Origin: Leptospiraceae bacterium | Lineage (GTDB): Bacteria; Spirochaetota; Leptospiria; Leptospirales; Leptonemataceae | Length of the DNA stretch: 64,000 bases | NCBI GenBank assembly: GCA_040217195.1 | Contig: JAVJNR010000004.1 | Span: 736,001 to 800,000, forward strand | Direction of reading: 5' to 3' | Part shown: positions 51,424 to 61,051 of the stretch, piece after piece | How the letters are laid out: every line of letters begins with the position of its first letter | Position numbering within the stretch: the first letter of the stretch is position 1 | Position numbers and translations under genes: made by a program | The notes under the pieces: model-generated | Seen by the model: only the letters and a program-made list of their open reading frames with translations | What the model was told of the DNA's origin: nothing | Database searches by the model: none

Positions 51424-53286
51424 GTGCGCATTCCCTATCGCTACAAACTTAGCTTTTCCATTGGTATGCTTTCGGTGCTTATTACCGGTGGAGCGCTGTT
51501 CTTTTTTTATCGTACCATCTACAGAACTGTATGGGATCAAATGACTCTGCGGTTAATGGATGTGGCCGGCACCGGCATCAGTCTGATGAGCTCGGAAGAA
51601 AAGAAGGCTCTGGATGGCATGGCGCTGAGAATCCGCGAAATCACTCCTGCGGATTCCATCCAGTCCGAAGCCCTGAATGCCATTGGGGCCGGAGATATTT
51701 CGGAGCCGCTGGAAGATGACCAGGTTGCGGAGCTGGAATCGGACGCAGATTTTCTGGCTCTGGTAGATCTTTTGAATCGAATCAAGGATGGCACATCCAG
51801 GGATGGAAAAAGACTCATTCGCTATGCCTATTTTCTCACTCCGGTGCCCGGACGACCAGGATACATGCAGTTCGTGGCCGATGCAGATTTTTACGCCTAC
51901 GATTATAATGAAGACGGCATTATTGGAGATGAAGAAACAGCCGCCACTCCAGGTACAATCTACAACGCTTCTGAATTTCTGGAGCTGGCTCGCGCAGAAA
52001 AAGAAAAGATCATAACTGCCGATCCGGAGTTTACGGAGGACAACTGGGGCATCATGGTTTCAGCCTATGCGCCTGTGCTGGACGAAAAAGGAAACGTAAT
52101 CGGCCTTCTGGGCCTGGACATGTTGGCCAACAACGAATACAACCTGGTAAACGATCTTTTCTGGCTGTACATCGGAATCGTAATTATCAGTATGCTCCTT
52201 ACAGTTTCAGCGGCCTACCTGATGGGAGGTCTTCTCACCAGGCCGGTAAATATACTTCGCACCGGCGCCGAACGCGTTCGCAACCGTCAATTCGATACCG
52301 AAATCACAATCAAGACAAACGATGAACTGGAGGTCCTGGGCGATACCTTCAATGCCATGACCCGGGAGATTCGGGATTTCTCGGCGAATCTGCAGAAGCA
52401 AAACCAGGCCTTCTTTCGCTTTGTCCCCACCGAATTCGTGCAGATCCTGGGCAAGGACAATGCGGTGGATATAAATGCAGGAGAGTCCAACGTTCTTCGC
52501 ATGTCTGTATTGTTTTCCGACATCCGATCCTTTACTACCATCAGCGAAGACATGACTCCATCCGAAGTTCTGGACTTTGTGAACAGCTACCTGGAAGTGA
52601 TGGAACCGGTAATCCATGATCATGGAGGTTTCATCGATAAGTATCTGGGGGATGGGATTATGGCACTGTTCATCGAAAGAGATGGTATTTCCTCTGCGAA
52701 CCGGGCCGTGAACGCTGCAGTCGCCATGCAGAGAGAGCTTTCAGGATTCAACGAATTCAGAAAGGATCAGGGAGTAGCACCCATTCTAACTGGAATGGGA
52801 ATCGCCACCGGCGATGTGATCATTGGCACCGTAGGAACTCAGACCAGGCTGGATACCACGGTTCTCGGGCATTCAGTGAATATGGCCAGTCGCCTGGAAA
52901 GCCTCACTCCTTCCTACGGGATTTCCATCCTGATTACCGAAGATACCTTTTCCGATCTGGCCGACCCCGAGCAATACATGCACCGTGAAATCGACACCGT
53001 GATTGCTAAAGGGATGCGAAAGCCTAATCTACTCTATGAAATCTTCGATGCAGATACCCAGGATCAACAGATGTTCAAAGAAAAGAGCAAGGTTCATCTT
53101 CACAAAGGGATTCTATTATACAAGCTGGGTCAATTCCAGGATGCGTACCGGGAGTTTTTACAAATCTACGAAATGGACCCCAGGGACCGGGTTGCACGGA
53201 TCTATTTAAAGCGCTGTAAGAAATTCCTGGAAGCACCGCCTCCGGAAGACTGGCAGGGCTCCATGCGATTGAGTCGAAAGGCCTAG
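51424..53286 (+). CDS. Membrane class III adenylate/guanylate cyclase (periplasmic sensor, HAMP, C-terminal TPR-like)
   Basis: Two TM segments, HAMP, FSDIRSFT, DKYLGDGIMALF, TVLGHSVNMASRLES. Confidence 0.93.
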   Translation: MRIPYRYKLSFSIGMLSVLITGGALFFFYRTIYRTVWDQMTLRLMDVAGTGISLMSSEEKKALDGMALRIREITPADSIQSEALNAIGAGDISEPLEDDQVAELESDADFLALVDLLNRIKDGTSRDGKRLIRYAYFLTPVPGRPGYMQFVADADFYAYDYNEDGIIGDEETAATPGTIYNASEFLELARAEKEKIITADPEFTEDNWGIMVSAYAPVLDEKGNVIGLLGLDMLANNEYNLVNDLFWLYIGIVIISMLLTVSAAYLMGGLLTRPVNILRTGAERVRNRQFDTEITIKTNDELEVLGDTFNAMTREIRDFSANLQKQNQAFFRFVPTEFVQILGKDNAVDINAGESNVLRMSVLFSDIRSFTTISEDMTPSEVLDFVNSYLEVMEPVIHDHGGFIDKYLGDGIMALFIERDGISSANRAVNAAVAMQRELSGFNEFRKDQGVAPILTGMGIATGDVIIGTVGTQTRLDTTVLGHSVNMASRLESLTPSYGISILITEDTFSDLADPEQYMHREIDTVIAKGMRKPNLLYEIFDADTQDQQMFKEKSKVHLHKGILLYKLGQFQDAYREFLQIYEMDPRDRVARIYLKRCKKFLEAPPPEDWQGSMRLSRKA

Positions 53287-53332
53287 GAGTCGGCATTCCC
53301 CCGGTTCGCCTGATTCAGGGTAAAACCGGACC

Positions 53333-54391
53333 CTAAAGGGATTTCACAGCAAGGATATCCATGGTATCCCCGAACCCTTTTCGCATGGCCCACTTTCTGT
53401 AGAATGAATCGCCCATATAACGAATCCAGCCACAGGCCCGCTTTCGATGAAAACTGGATGGACGGGAGGCTATTTGCTTCAGTCCATACAGTTCCAGAGT
53501 AAGTGCCATACTTTCCGGGCTGTAATCGGCGAAGTGATCTTCCGGATGGCTGCTAAGCCATTTTTCTGGAGAGCAGCGAAATAGAGGACCATGATAGGAA
53601 GGTAAAGAGAGTAGTAGCAGTCCTCCAGGTTTTAGAAGCTGTGCCATTCGCCTGAACGTAAGTTGTTGATCCGGAAAGTGTTCCAGGGTATAAAACGCTG
53701 CCAGCAAATCCATGGCTGTTTCTCCGCCGGAAAGAATTGAATTACCGGTATTGGATGGATTGTGATCAGCCGGCGCCGAGTAAGCATTCCCGGTGGGGGC
53801 TGTGTCTGCAGTGAGCGACGCATCCGCGGCTGACAGTCCATTTGCAAAAAGCGCTGACTCCTCGATTTCGGATCTATCTGCGAAAGACGTTTCCACTGAG
53901 ACGGACGAACCGTCTAGAAATCGAAATAGTTCCGGTGAGGCGAAACTGGCATTCAGGATCTGGTGTCCCTTCCTCTGCGCAATCTCGGAAGCATAACGGG
54001 AGATCTCCACTCCCAGGGTGCGATAACCTCGTTGCTTCGCCTCGTCCAGAAAAAATCCTGCAGCACTGCCAATCTCCAGCAGCGTGGGCCCTCTGGCTGA
54101 CCAGTCTACTTCCAGACCGGAATGCACCAGTACCCGGTCCATCCAGTCCAGCCGGGAGGCCGCCAGACGGCGAAGGTTGGGCTCATCCTCCAGATAGGAT
54201 TTTCCATACTGGGATTCGTATTCGGACAGGAAGTAATCTGGACCGTAGTCCACAGAACGGGCTTTCAGGTAGTAGATTACTCCGTTGGAGCTTATTGCAA
54301 AATGGTCTGCATTATCCAATCCGGCGAATTTCGGAAAGGTCCTGGATAGAGGGATCAGAGGTTTTCTTGTATGCTGACAGAATGCAGGCAT
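53333..54391 (-). CDS. Class I SAM-dependent methyltransferase
   Basis: LLEIGSAAGFFL, GVEIS, TLEHF, LLKPGG; low-complexity insert. Confidence 0.88.
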   Translation of the reverse strand: MPAFCQHTRKPLIPLSRTFPKFAGLDNADHFAISSNGVIYYLKARSVDYGPDYFLSEYESQYGKSYLEDEPNLRRLAASRLDWMDRVLVHSGLEVDWSARGPTLLEIGSAAGFFLDEAKQRGYRTLGVEISRYASEIAQRKGHQILNASFASPELFRFLDGSSVSVETSFADRSEIEESALFANGLSAADASLTADTAPTGNAYSAPADHNPSNTGNSILSGGETAMDLLAAFYTLEHFPDQQLTFRRMAQLLKPGGLLLLSLPSYHGPLFRCSPEKWLSSHPEDHFADYSPESMALTLELYGLKQIASRPSSFHRKRACGWIRYMGDSFYRKWAMRKGFGDTMDILAVKSL

Positions 54392-54393
54392 GT

Positions 54394-55128
54394 TTAAACT
54401 GGCATCCCGCTTTCTCGAGCGGACTGACCAAAAATGCGATTCTCCGCTTCCATTACAGGAACCAGAAAGGCAGGGAATAGTAATGCCTGGCCGCCACGAA
54501 GCAATCGCACTGTGCCATCGGACTTTCGGCTCCAGAAAATCTCTCTGTAGTCCATTTCCAGGGTATAGAAGTGCTCAACCGAATGTCCCAGGACCATGGC
54601 AGCCCTTCCCCCGGACCATTCAAACAATATCAATGCATGACCCGGACGGCACGTGGCGCTTCGGCCTCGCACGGAAAAAACCGGATACATCCTGTTATTA
54701 TGCATCACCATCGCTCCATGAAAGCCCCGCTTTTGCACCACCTCTTCGAATCGAACCACTGTTTTCATCCATCGAAGGGGCATGGCATACCGGGCTTCAG
54801 CGGTAATCACTACCTGATATTTTTCAGGGCCTGCTTTTGCATGATTGCTGCGAAAATGCTGAACTTCCTGGGAATCTGGATGCCAGCCAGAAGTAGTCCA
54901 GGACGGTTGCTTTCCAGAGTTTACCCCCGAGCGATTTCTCAGTTCATCAGAAATTAGCTCATAAGCCTGAATAATCTCTCTGGACCGTTCTTCAGCCCAT
55001 TGTCGATTTTCGGGGTTTCTATCCGGATGCACCATCAGCATAGCTTTGCGAAAGCTACGCTTCAGGGTTCTCTCATCTGGCAACGTTTCCAGTTCCAGAA
55101 GCGAAAGACAGGATTCCACCGTTTCCAT
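54394..55128 (-). CDS. J-domain protein with CheW-like C-terminal domain
   Basis: LKRSFRK...VHPDRNP...IIQAYELI; C-terminal CheW-like pattern (tentative). Confidence 0.8.
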   Translation of the reverse strand: METVESCLSLLELETLPDERTLKRSFRKAMLMVHPDRNPENRQWAEERSREIIQAYELISDELRNRSGVNSGKQPSWTTSGWHPDSQEVQHFRSNHAKAGPEKYQVVITAEARYAMPLRWMKTVVRFEEVVQKRGFHGAMVMHNNRMYPVFSVRGRSATCRPGHALILFEWSGGRAAMVLGHSVEHFYTLEMDYREIFWSRKSDGTVRLLRGGQALLFPAFLVPVMEAENRIFGQSARESGMPV

Positions 55129-55164
55129 CTGATATATGGATCGGTCGAAATCCTGTGCTTTTCA

Positions 55165-56694
55165 CTATTTTTCCTTAGAAATTCTACGATACAGGTCAGC
55201 ACTCATGGCCGGAGAAGAAAAGATCAGAGGAATCCTCTGGAACTGGGCCCTGTTAGACTTTACATATTCATCTGCAGGGCCGCCCTGAAGGTCGGTTCCT
55301 TCCAGAAGAAAGCAATCCATGGAAGCGTACTTCTTTAAATGGTCTACAGATTTTGCGGGAAAGCTCAGCCTGGCCGGCACAAATTCATAGTAAGTGACTT
55401 CTGGTTTTAGTTCTCTGAAATGGAAATAAGGATCCGGAACAGATCTAACATAGATTGAGCTACATCCTTCGCTTACATGGATCATACGCTGCAGGGCTCT
55501 TTGCACCACAGAATCACTGGCCTGACTCACTTTTTTGTAAACGTTCATTACAGATAGGATCAGAATTCCCACTGCAAATGTTCGCAGAATCCAGCCTGCC
55601 AGACGCCTCAATCTCTGTTCACGAAAAGGAAGAGCAAAGAATGAGGCGGCCCCCAGAATCAGATATGGAAAGCTATGCATTGCGTACCAACCTTCCACGC
55701 TTAGCATACAGAATGCAGTTACCATAGGCCAGGCCAGAGATAACAATGCGAATCGATTTTCCCGAATAAGAGTCAATGTTGACTTAAAAGGAGCGTTCCA
55801 TTGTATTAGTTCCTTCCAGAGGAAAAGCCATAGACCGGCTAACGTTGTTACCAGAGCTGCAAGTACCAGCATGGAGATTGAACCTCCACCGTACTGCGAT
55901 GAAAACACTACAAAGATCCCACCCGTGGGTCCACCCCAGAGTGTTAGCAATCCAGTCTTTCGCACCAGCTGAGGTAGAAACTGCAACTGAAAAATATCCC
56001 AGTTTGCTGCGATATAGGCCATCCAGGGACTCAGTGCCAGTAGCACTCCACAGAAAGCGAAGAATAGCCCACGCCAGCGAAATAGATGAAACACTACAAC
56101 GAATGAAACACCGTATAGAGCGGCCGGATGCGAAAGGGCTCCCAGACCCAGAAATACACCGGAAAGAAGTGAGAAATGATCCTTCTTTTGCTGGAAGGCC
56201 TGATAGGAATATTGCAATGCAAGCATGCAAAATAGCAAACATAGGCCATCCATTCGAATTACGTTGGCTCCTCTCACAAAGGTTGGATCCAGAGCCAGCA
56301 GTAATGGAGCAATAAATAGCACTGGAGCATCTACCTGCAAAGACTGAAGGAATCCAGTAAGGACCAGAAGAATAGCGATAGCAATAATCAGCGAAAAGGC
56401 CCGCCCCACTTCCAGGCTTTCGCCGGTAAAAGAATATACTCCGGCCAGAGAGACCATGTACAGAGGAGAATTCCACAGGGTTGCCTGCTCCATTCCTGGA
56501 ACCAGGCCATCCAGTACCATAGTGCGAAATCCATTACCTTCAGCCAGTTCCGCTGCAGGATTGGAAAAGAGTGCCTCATCGGGCCAGGGAGGAGGATGGG
56601 AAATCCCCAGAATCTGTATCTGCAATACCAGGGCAAGTATGGCCGGCAGACTGTAGCGCAGAGTACGGGAAAATCGAATTAGAAAAGAGGACAT
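55165..56694 (-). CDS. GT-C fold glycosyltransferase (ArnT/GT39-like)
   Basis: WPDEALF after TM1, SPLY, RMD, SHP; many TM helices. Confidence 0.85.
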   Translation of the reverse strand: MSSFLIRFSRTLRYSLPAILALVLQIQILGISHPPPWPDEALFSNPAAELAEGNGFRTMVLDGLVPGMEQATLWNSPLYMVSLAGVYSFTGESLEVGRAFSLIIAIAILLVLTGFLQSLQVDAPVLFIAPLLLALDPTFVRGANVIRMDGLCLLFCMLALQYSYQAFQQKKDHFSLLSGVFLGLGALSHPAALYGVSFVVVFHLFRWRGLFFAFCGVLLALSPWMAYIAANWDIFQLQFLPQLVRKTGLLTLWGGPTGGIFVVFSSQYGGGSISMLVLAALVTTLAGLWLFLWKELIQWNAPFKSTLTLIRENRFALLSLAWPMVTAFCMLSVEGWYAMHSFPYLILGAASFFALPFREQRLRRLAGWILRTFAVGILILSVMNVYKKVSQASDSVVQRALQRMIHVSEGCSSIYVRSVPDPYFHFRELKPEVTYYEFVPARLSFPAKSVDHLKKYASMDCFLLEGTDLQGGPADEYVKSNRAQFQRIPLIFSSPAMSADLYRRISKEK

Positions 56695-56708
56695 GCAAGG
56701 ACAGGATC

Positions 56709-57062
56709 TTACCCGGCCTGCACCTTCTGCAACGCATTCTCAAGACTTTCCATCACAGGAAAAACTCGATCCAGTTCGGTTACGGAGATTATCTTTTTTA
56801 CGGCAGGGGAAAGTTCAGCGATAATCAGCTCTTTTCCATGCTTGCGCAGTGCATGGTAGATGGAAAGCAGAGCGCGGACACCCGAGGATGACATATAAGA
56901 AACCTCTTGCAGGCGCACTATGACCGGGGTCTTTTTTTGCTCCAGGGAATCCAGAACGGCATGCTCAAATTCTTCGGAGTTCGTTATGTCCAAACGGCCG
57001 GAGAGGGAAACAATGAGTACATTATCTTTCTTTTCTACCAGTATTTGGTCAGTACTCATCAT
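56709..57062 (-). CDS. STAS anti-sigma-factor antagonist
   Basis: LSGRLDI..S..F, VSYMSSSGVRALL. Confidence 0.92.
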   Translation of the reverse strand: MMSTDQILVEKKDNVLIVSLSGRLDITNSEEFEHAVLDSLEQKKTPVIVRLQEVSYMSSSGVRALLSIYHALRKHGKELIIAELSPAVKKIISVTELDRVFPVMESLENALQKVQAG

Positions 57063-57090
57063 ATCCAGCAATTCCTGCTTATGGGCTCAG

Positions 57091-57303
57091 TCAATTGTTT
57101 CCGGTGGGCTCCTCCGCATTATAGGATTCCTTCCATTCAACAGTGCGGCGATTCCACTCCTCTCGCTTTTGACGATTGAACCGGAGTTCTTGATCGACAA
57201 AATCACAGAGTTCATCCAATTTTTCACGATAACTCTGAAGCCTCAGTAATTTGTCCTCATAGTCCACAGTGCAGCTATCGGCATTTTGCACTATTTTTTC
57301 CAT
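57091..57303 (-). CDS. Small hypothetical coiled-coil protein
   Basis: 70 aa, charged and helical; in series with the STAS gene; GGGG RBS. Confidence 0.55.
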   Translation of the reverse strand: MEKIVQNADSCTVDYEDKLLRLQSYREKLDELCDFVDQELRFNRQKREEWNRRTVEWKESYNAEEPTGNN

Positions 57304-57314
57304 AAGGTTTCCCC

Positions 57315-57995
57315 ATGTTTCTCAAACCATATCAGACCCTGAAAAAGGCCCTGGGCCCCTCCCATTGGTGGCCTGGAGAGAATTCTTTCGAAATCATGGT
57401 GGGTGCCATTCTTACTCAGAACACTTCGTGGAAAAATGTGGAAAAAGCTATCCACAGACTGAAGAAAGAAAAGGCACTTAGCCCAAAAAAAATGCATCGT
57501 ACCCCGGTGGGGCAGCTTGCAGAATGGATCCGCAGTTCGGGATACTTTAATCAGAAGGCTCTTACCCTCCATCGATTCCTGGACTGGTACGCCGAATACA
57601 ACTACAGGCCGGCTCAGATACTCAAAAAACATAATTCGGATTCTCATCCGGTGCGCCGGGAGCTACTTTCCGTGAAAGGGATCGGACCGGAAACGGCAGA
57701 TTCCATCCTCTGCTATGGGCTGGAGCTTCCAGTTTTTGTGGTGGATGCATACACGCACCGCTGGCTCAGCAGGTATGATTCCGGGGCCGGTCGGGCAGCA
57801 TCCGGTTCCTACAATTTAGTTCAGCAAATGGTTCAGGCCGATTTTGGCCGGCATTTTTCCGAAGCGGAACTGACGGCCCATTACAATGAATTTCATGCGC
57901 TCATTGTTCGGCTGGGTAATGGTTTCTGCAAGAAGACCGGTCCTCTGTGCAAGGAGTGTCCCCTGCGTGGAGAATGTGAAAATGCACTGGCTTGA
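57315..57995 (+). CDS. Endonuclease III-related HhH-GPD protein
   Basis: GAILTQNTSW.NV, KGIGPETADSI, VVDAYT, C-X6-C-X2-C-X5-C. Confidence 0.92.
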   Translation: MFLKPYQTLKKALGPSHWWPGENSFEIMVGAILTQNTSWKNVEKAIHRLKKEKALSPKKMHRTPVGQLAEWIRSSGYFNQKALTLHRFLDWYAEYNYRPAQILKKHNSDSHPVRRELLSVKGIGPETADSILCYGLELPVFVVDAYTHRWLSRYDSGAGRAASGSYNLVQQMVQADFGRHFSEAELTAHYNEFHALIVRLGNGFCKKTGPLCKECPLRGECENALA

Positions 57996-58028
57996 CAGGT
58001 CCGCCGCTATGCCAATCCTACCAAACAG

Positions 58029-58925
58029 ATGCTTCGCAAAATTGCCTACTCCTTGAAAAAGGGAACCGAGGAACTGAATTATGGGCGCCCCATCATCGCT
58101 GGCTGGGCCGCCAGAACCCTGGTAGATGCTTCTGGAAATGCATCGGAGCTACACTTGCTGGATCCTGGATGCGGTCATGGCACAGATCTACTGAACTGCA
58201 AACAGGCCTACATTGACTTGCTGGAAAAGGAGAAGGTTATTGCTGCACCGGCCCTTCAACTTCATGGCGTGGAGAATTATCCGCCTTACGTAGAAGATTG
58301 CAAGAGAGAAGGAATTCATGTAGAGTCCGTGGACATTGAAAGAGAACCGTGGCCCTTCGCCGATGCAAGCATGGATGTAATTATCTGTAATCAAGTACTG
58401 GAGCATATAAAAGAAGTATTCTGGATGTTTTCCGAATTCTCCAGAATCTTGAAAACCGGTGGAAAACTCATTCTGGGTACTCCGAATCTTGCGAGCTTTC
58501 ACAATCGTATGTTGCTTCTGTTTGGTCAGCATCCTACAGCGCAGCAGAGCTTTAGCGCCCATGTAAGAAGCTTTACTTTGCCAGATCAAAAAACCCTGGC
58601 GGAAAAAGGAGGTTTCTTTCGCTTCGAAAAGCGAGCTGGATCCAACTTCTATCCCTTTCCTCCCTTCCTGAGTAAACCGCTGGCACGAATGATTCCGGGA
58701 ATGGCCTGGGGACTATTCACCTGCTACGAAAGAACTCAGAATCGTGCTCCTTACCTCGAATACATGGCAGAAGAGCTTTCAGAATTGGAAACTCCCTTCT
58801 ATGGAAGCCCTCAAAACCCCGCCAGGAAAAGATACAAACCCGTATCACGTAAGTCCGGGTCCACCGCGAAATCTAAAAAGAAAGCCAGCGGGAAGAAAGG
58901 AAAGACTACAGGACGCAAGCGATGA
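58029..58925 (+). CDS. Class I SAM-dependent methyltransferase
   Basis: LLDPGCGHG, PFADASMDV...NQVLEH, RILKTGG; basic tail. Confidence 0.88.
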   Translation: MLRKIAYSLKKGTEELNYGRPIIAGWAARTLVDASGNASELHLLDPGCGHGTDLLNCKQAYIDLLEKEKVIAAPALQLHGVENYPPYVEDCKREGIHVESVDIEREPWPFADASMDVIICNQVLEHIKEVFWMFSEFSRILKTGGKLILGTPNLASFHNRMLLLFGQHPTAQQSFSAHVRSFTLPDQKTLAEKGGFFRFEKRAGSNFYPFPPFLSKPLARMIPGMAWGLFTCYERTQNRAPYLEYMAEELSELETPFYGSPQNPARKRYKPVSRKSGSTAKSKKKASGKKGKTTGRKR

Positions 58926-59614
58926 ACGACCTAAAACTAACCGGTCACGATTTAGTGGGCGATGGGTTGTATCTATTGCGATTCGAATGTCCTCCCAGCT
59001 TGCTGCAACAGTATAGCACTCCCGGACAATATGCTATCATTCGCACTTCTCCTGAACAGGAAAGGCCGGCCTTTTTTGCCATCGCTTCGAGCCCGTCTGA
59101 TACCTATGTTGAGCTTTTGATTAAGCAATCCCCCGGCTCAGCGGAGCATTTGATAGGTATGAAAAAGGAACAGACCGTAGAATGTCAGGCTATTCAGGGA
59201 CCTGGATTTTCTCTAGACTGCAGTGCCAGTAGCCCGGACATTCATATGTTTTCCATGGGGTCTGGTTATGCACCCTTTCGAGCCTTGATTCGCTCCATCG
59301 CTGAAAGCAAGGAACGGTGCAAATTACATTTATGGCAGGCTGCTTTTCGCCTGAGCTCTGTTCCTCTTCTGGATGAAATGGTAGCATTTGAAAAGGACGG
59401 ATTGATTTCTCTGCATCTATGCCTGGATGAACAAACCGAGGATACTGCACTGCCATTCTTCTCCGGTCAGGTTCAGCAAGCACTTGAAAACTTCGGCGAG
59501 GATCTGAAGGACAGTCGGCTTCTCTGGATTGGATCCCATGCATTTGTAGAATCCCTGAAGGCTGCCCTTCAGTCCATTGGAGTCGATCCGGATAGACTGG
59601 TGACCAACTACTGA
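58922..59614 (+). CDS. Ferredoxin-reductase-like FAD/NAD(P)-binding oxidoreductase
   Basis: PGQY, FAIASSP, GPGF, GSGYAPFRA, ends TNY. Confidence 0.8.
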   Translation: MNDLKLTGHDLVGDGLYLLRFECPPSLLQQYSTPGQYAIIRTSPEQERPAFFAIASSPSDTYVELLIKQSPGSAEHLIGMKKEQTVECQAIQGPGFSLDCSASSPDIHMFSMGSGYAPFRALIRSIAESKERCKLHLWQAAFRLSSVPLLDEMVAFEKDGLISLHLCLDEQTEDTALPFFSGQVQQALENFGEDLKDSRLLWIGSHAFVESLKAALQSIGVDPDRLVTNY

Positions 59615-59706
59615 GCCGGTCTTAGCCGGCGCTTGTAGCCGAAAGTATGCTGCATTTACTCTGATTTGCTTCAGTCTCTTCAGACAGATTATTAAAAGGC
59701 GCAAAA

Positions 59707-60816
59707 ATGAATACCAGCACAGATACAATACGAATCCCTATCCCGGATGACTGGCATCTACATCTCAGAGACGGAGATGTACTTTCTCTAACTGTCAATC
59801 ATGCTGCTTCCAGGTGCAGGAGGGCTATTGTTATGCCCAATCTTAAACCTCCTGTGCGAACCGTGGAAGAAGCCAGAAAATACAGAGATCGAATTCTGGC
59901 AGTCTGTCAGTGGGACCATTTTCAGCCATTGATGACCCTTTACCTTACCGATGAAACCAGCCCGGCAGATATCGATGCGGCCAGGGAATCCGATTTCGTA
60001 TTTGCAGTTAAGCTCTATCCCGCCGGAGCAACCACAAACTCAGAAGAGGGATTGACTTCTGTCAAGAAAGCAGAAGCTACACTGGCCCGGATGGAAGCCG
60101 TGGGATTTCCTTTGCTGGTTCATGCTGAGGCCACGCAGAACTCCATAGATGTATTTGATCGAGAAAAAGCATTCATAGATAGCGATTTGACCTGGATCTG
60201 CAAACGATTCCCGGAGCTCCAAATTGTATTCGAACATGTGAGCTCAAGAACCGGGGTAGAGTTTGTAGAGTCTCAAAAACACAGAATGGGAGCCACGATC
60301 ACACCTCATCATTTGCTCCTGACGCGAAACGATCTTCTTGTAGGCGGACTGAAACCTCACCATTACTGTTTACCTGTGGTCAAGACAGAAGATGATAGGC
60401 TGGCCCTGATAGAAGCCAGTATGAGCCAGAAGAACGTATTTGCAGGCACAGATAGCGCTCCCCATCCTAGATCCAGAAAGGAATCCCACAGTTGTGCTGC
60501 CGGAATATATACAGCGCCATTTTTTCCTGAACTTTATGCCATGGCTTTCGAGAAACACTTTGTTGGTGCCGATGGCAACCTGGATACACTGGAATCCTTT
60601 CTGAAGGAATTTCTCTGTCTACGAGGGGAGCGGTTCTACAATTTGCCGCTCAACGATTCCAGGGAAGCGAGACATTCTAATCAATCGGTCCTTGAGATTC
60701 AGCGAATGCAAAACCAGAATCCGGAAAGCTATCCATTTGGTGACGACCTGCTTATACCACTATATGCAGGCAAAACCCTACCCTTTAAAGCAGAGATCAT
60801 ATCAGTCAATTCTTGA
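59707..60816 (+). CDS. pyrC: Dihydroorotase (type II)
   Basis: DDWHLHLRDG, MPNL, KLYPAGATTNS, HHYCLPV.K, GTDSAPH. Confidence 0.96.
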   Translation: MNTSTDTIRIPIPDDWHLHLRDGDVLSLTVNHAASRCRRAIVMPNLKPPVRTVEEARKYRDRILAVCQWDHFQPLMTLYLTDETSPADIDAARESDFVFAVKLYPAGATTNSEEGLTSVKKAEATLARMEAVGFPLLVHAEATQNSIDVFDREKAFIDSDLTWICKRFPELQIVFEHVSSRTGVEFVESQKHRMGATITPHHLLLTRNDLLVGGLKPHHYCLPVVKTEDDRLALIEASMSQKNVFAGTDSAPHPRSRKESHSCAAGIYTAPFFPELYAMAFEKHFVGADGNLDTLESFLKEFLCLRGERFYNLPLNDSREARHSNQSVLEIQRMQNQNPESYPFGDDLLIPLYAGKTLPFKAEIISVNS

Positions 60817-61017
60817 TTCAGAAAACTGGTAGTCTGCTTGTCTCTGTCTAAGCCCCGGGCATGTTACTGCTTCGGAAACGAAAGAGGATTCCAGAGCAGG
60901 TATTGTTGTACCATGCAGCCGGTGTAGTAAGTCGTTCTTCGCAGCACGAAACGAAATTCCTTCGCCGCATCGGCCATCCGGGTAAATTGTTCGGGCAAAA
61001 TCAGAGTGGAACCTAAC

Positions 61018-61051
61018 TTGAAAGACTGGCAGCCTGCCTTATAATGTCCTC
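61018..61051 (+). promoter_or_regulatory. sigma70 promoter, probably leaderless
   Basis: TTGAAA-N16-TATAAT-N6-ATG; no SD sequence. Confidence 0.7.

Noticed and set aside
58922..59614. pyrK, suggested by the position next to pyrC
   Set aside because: Lacks the C-terminal Cys cluster for the [2Fe-2S] centre, and no pyrD is adjacent
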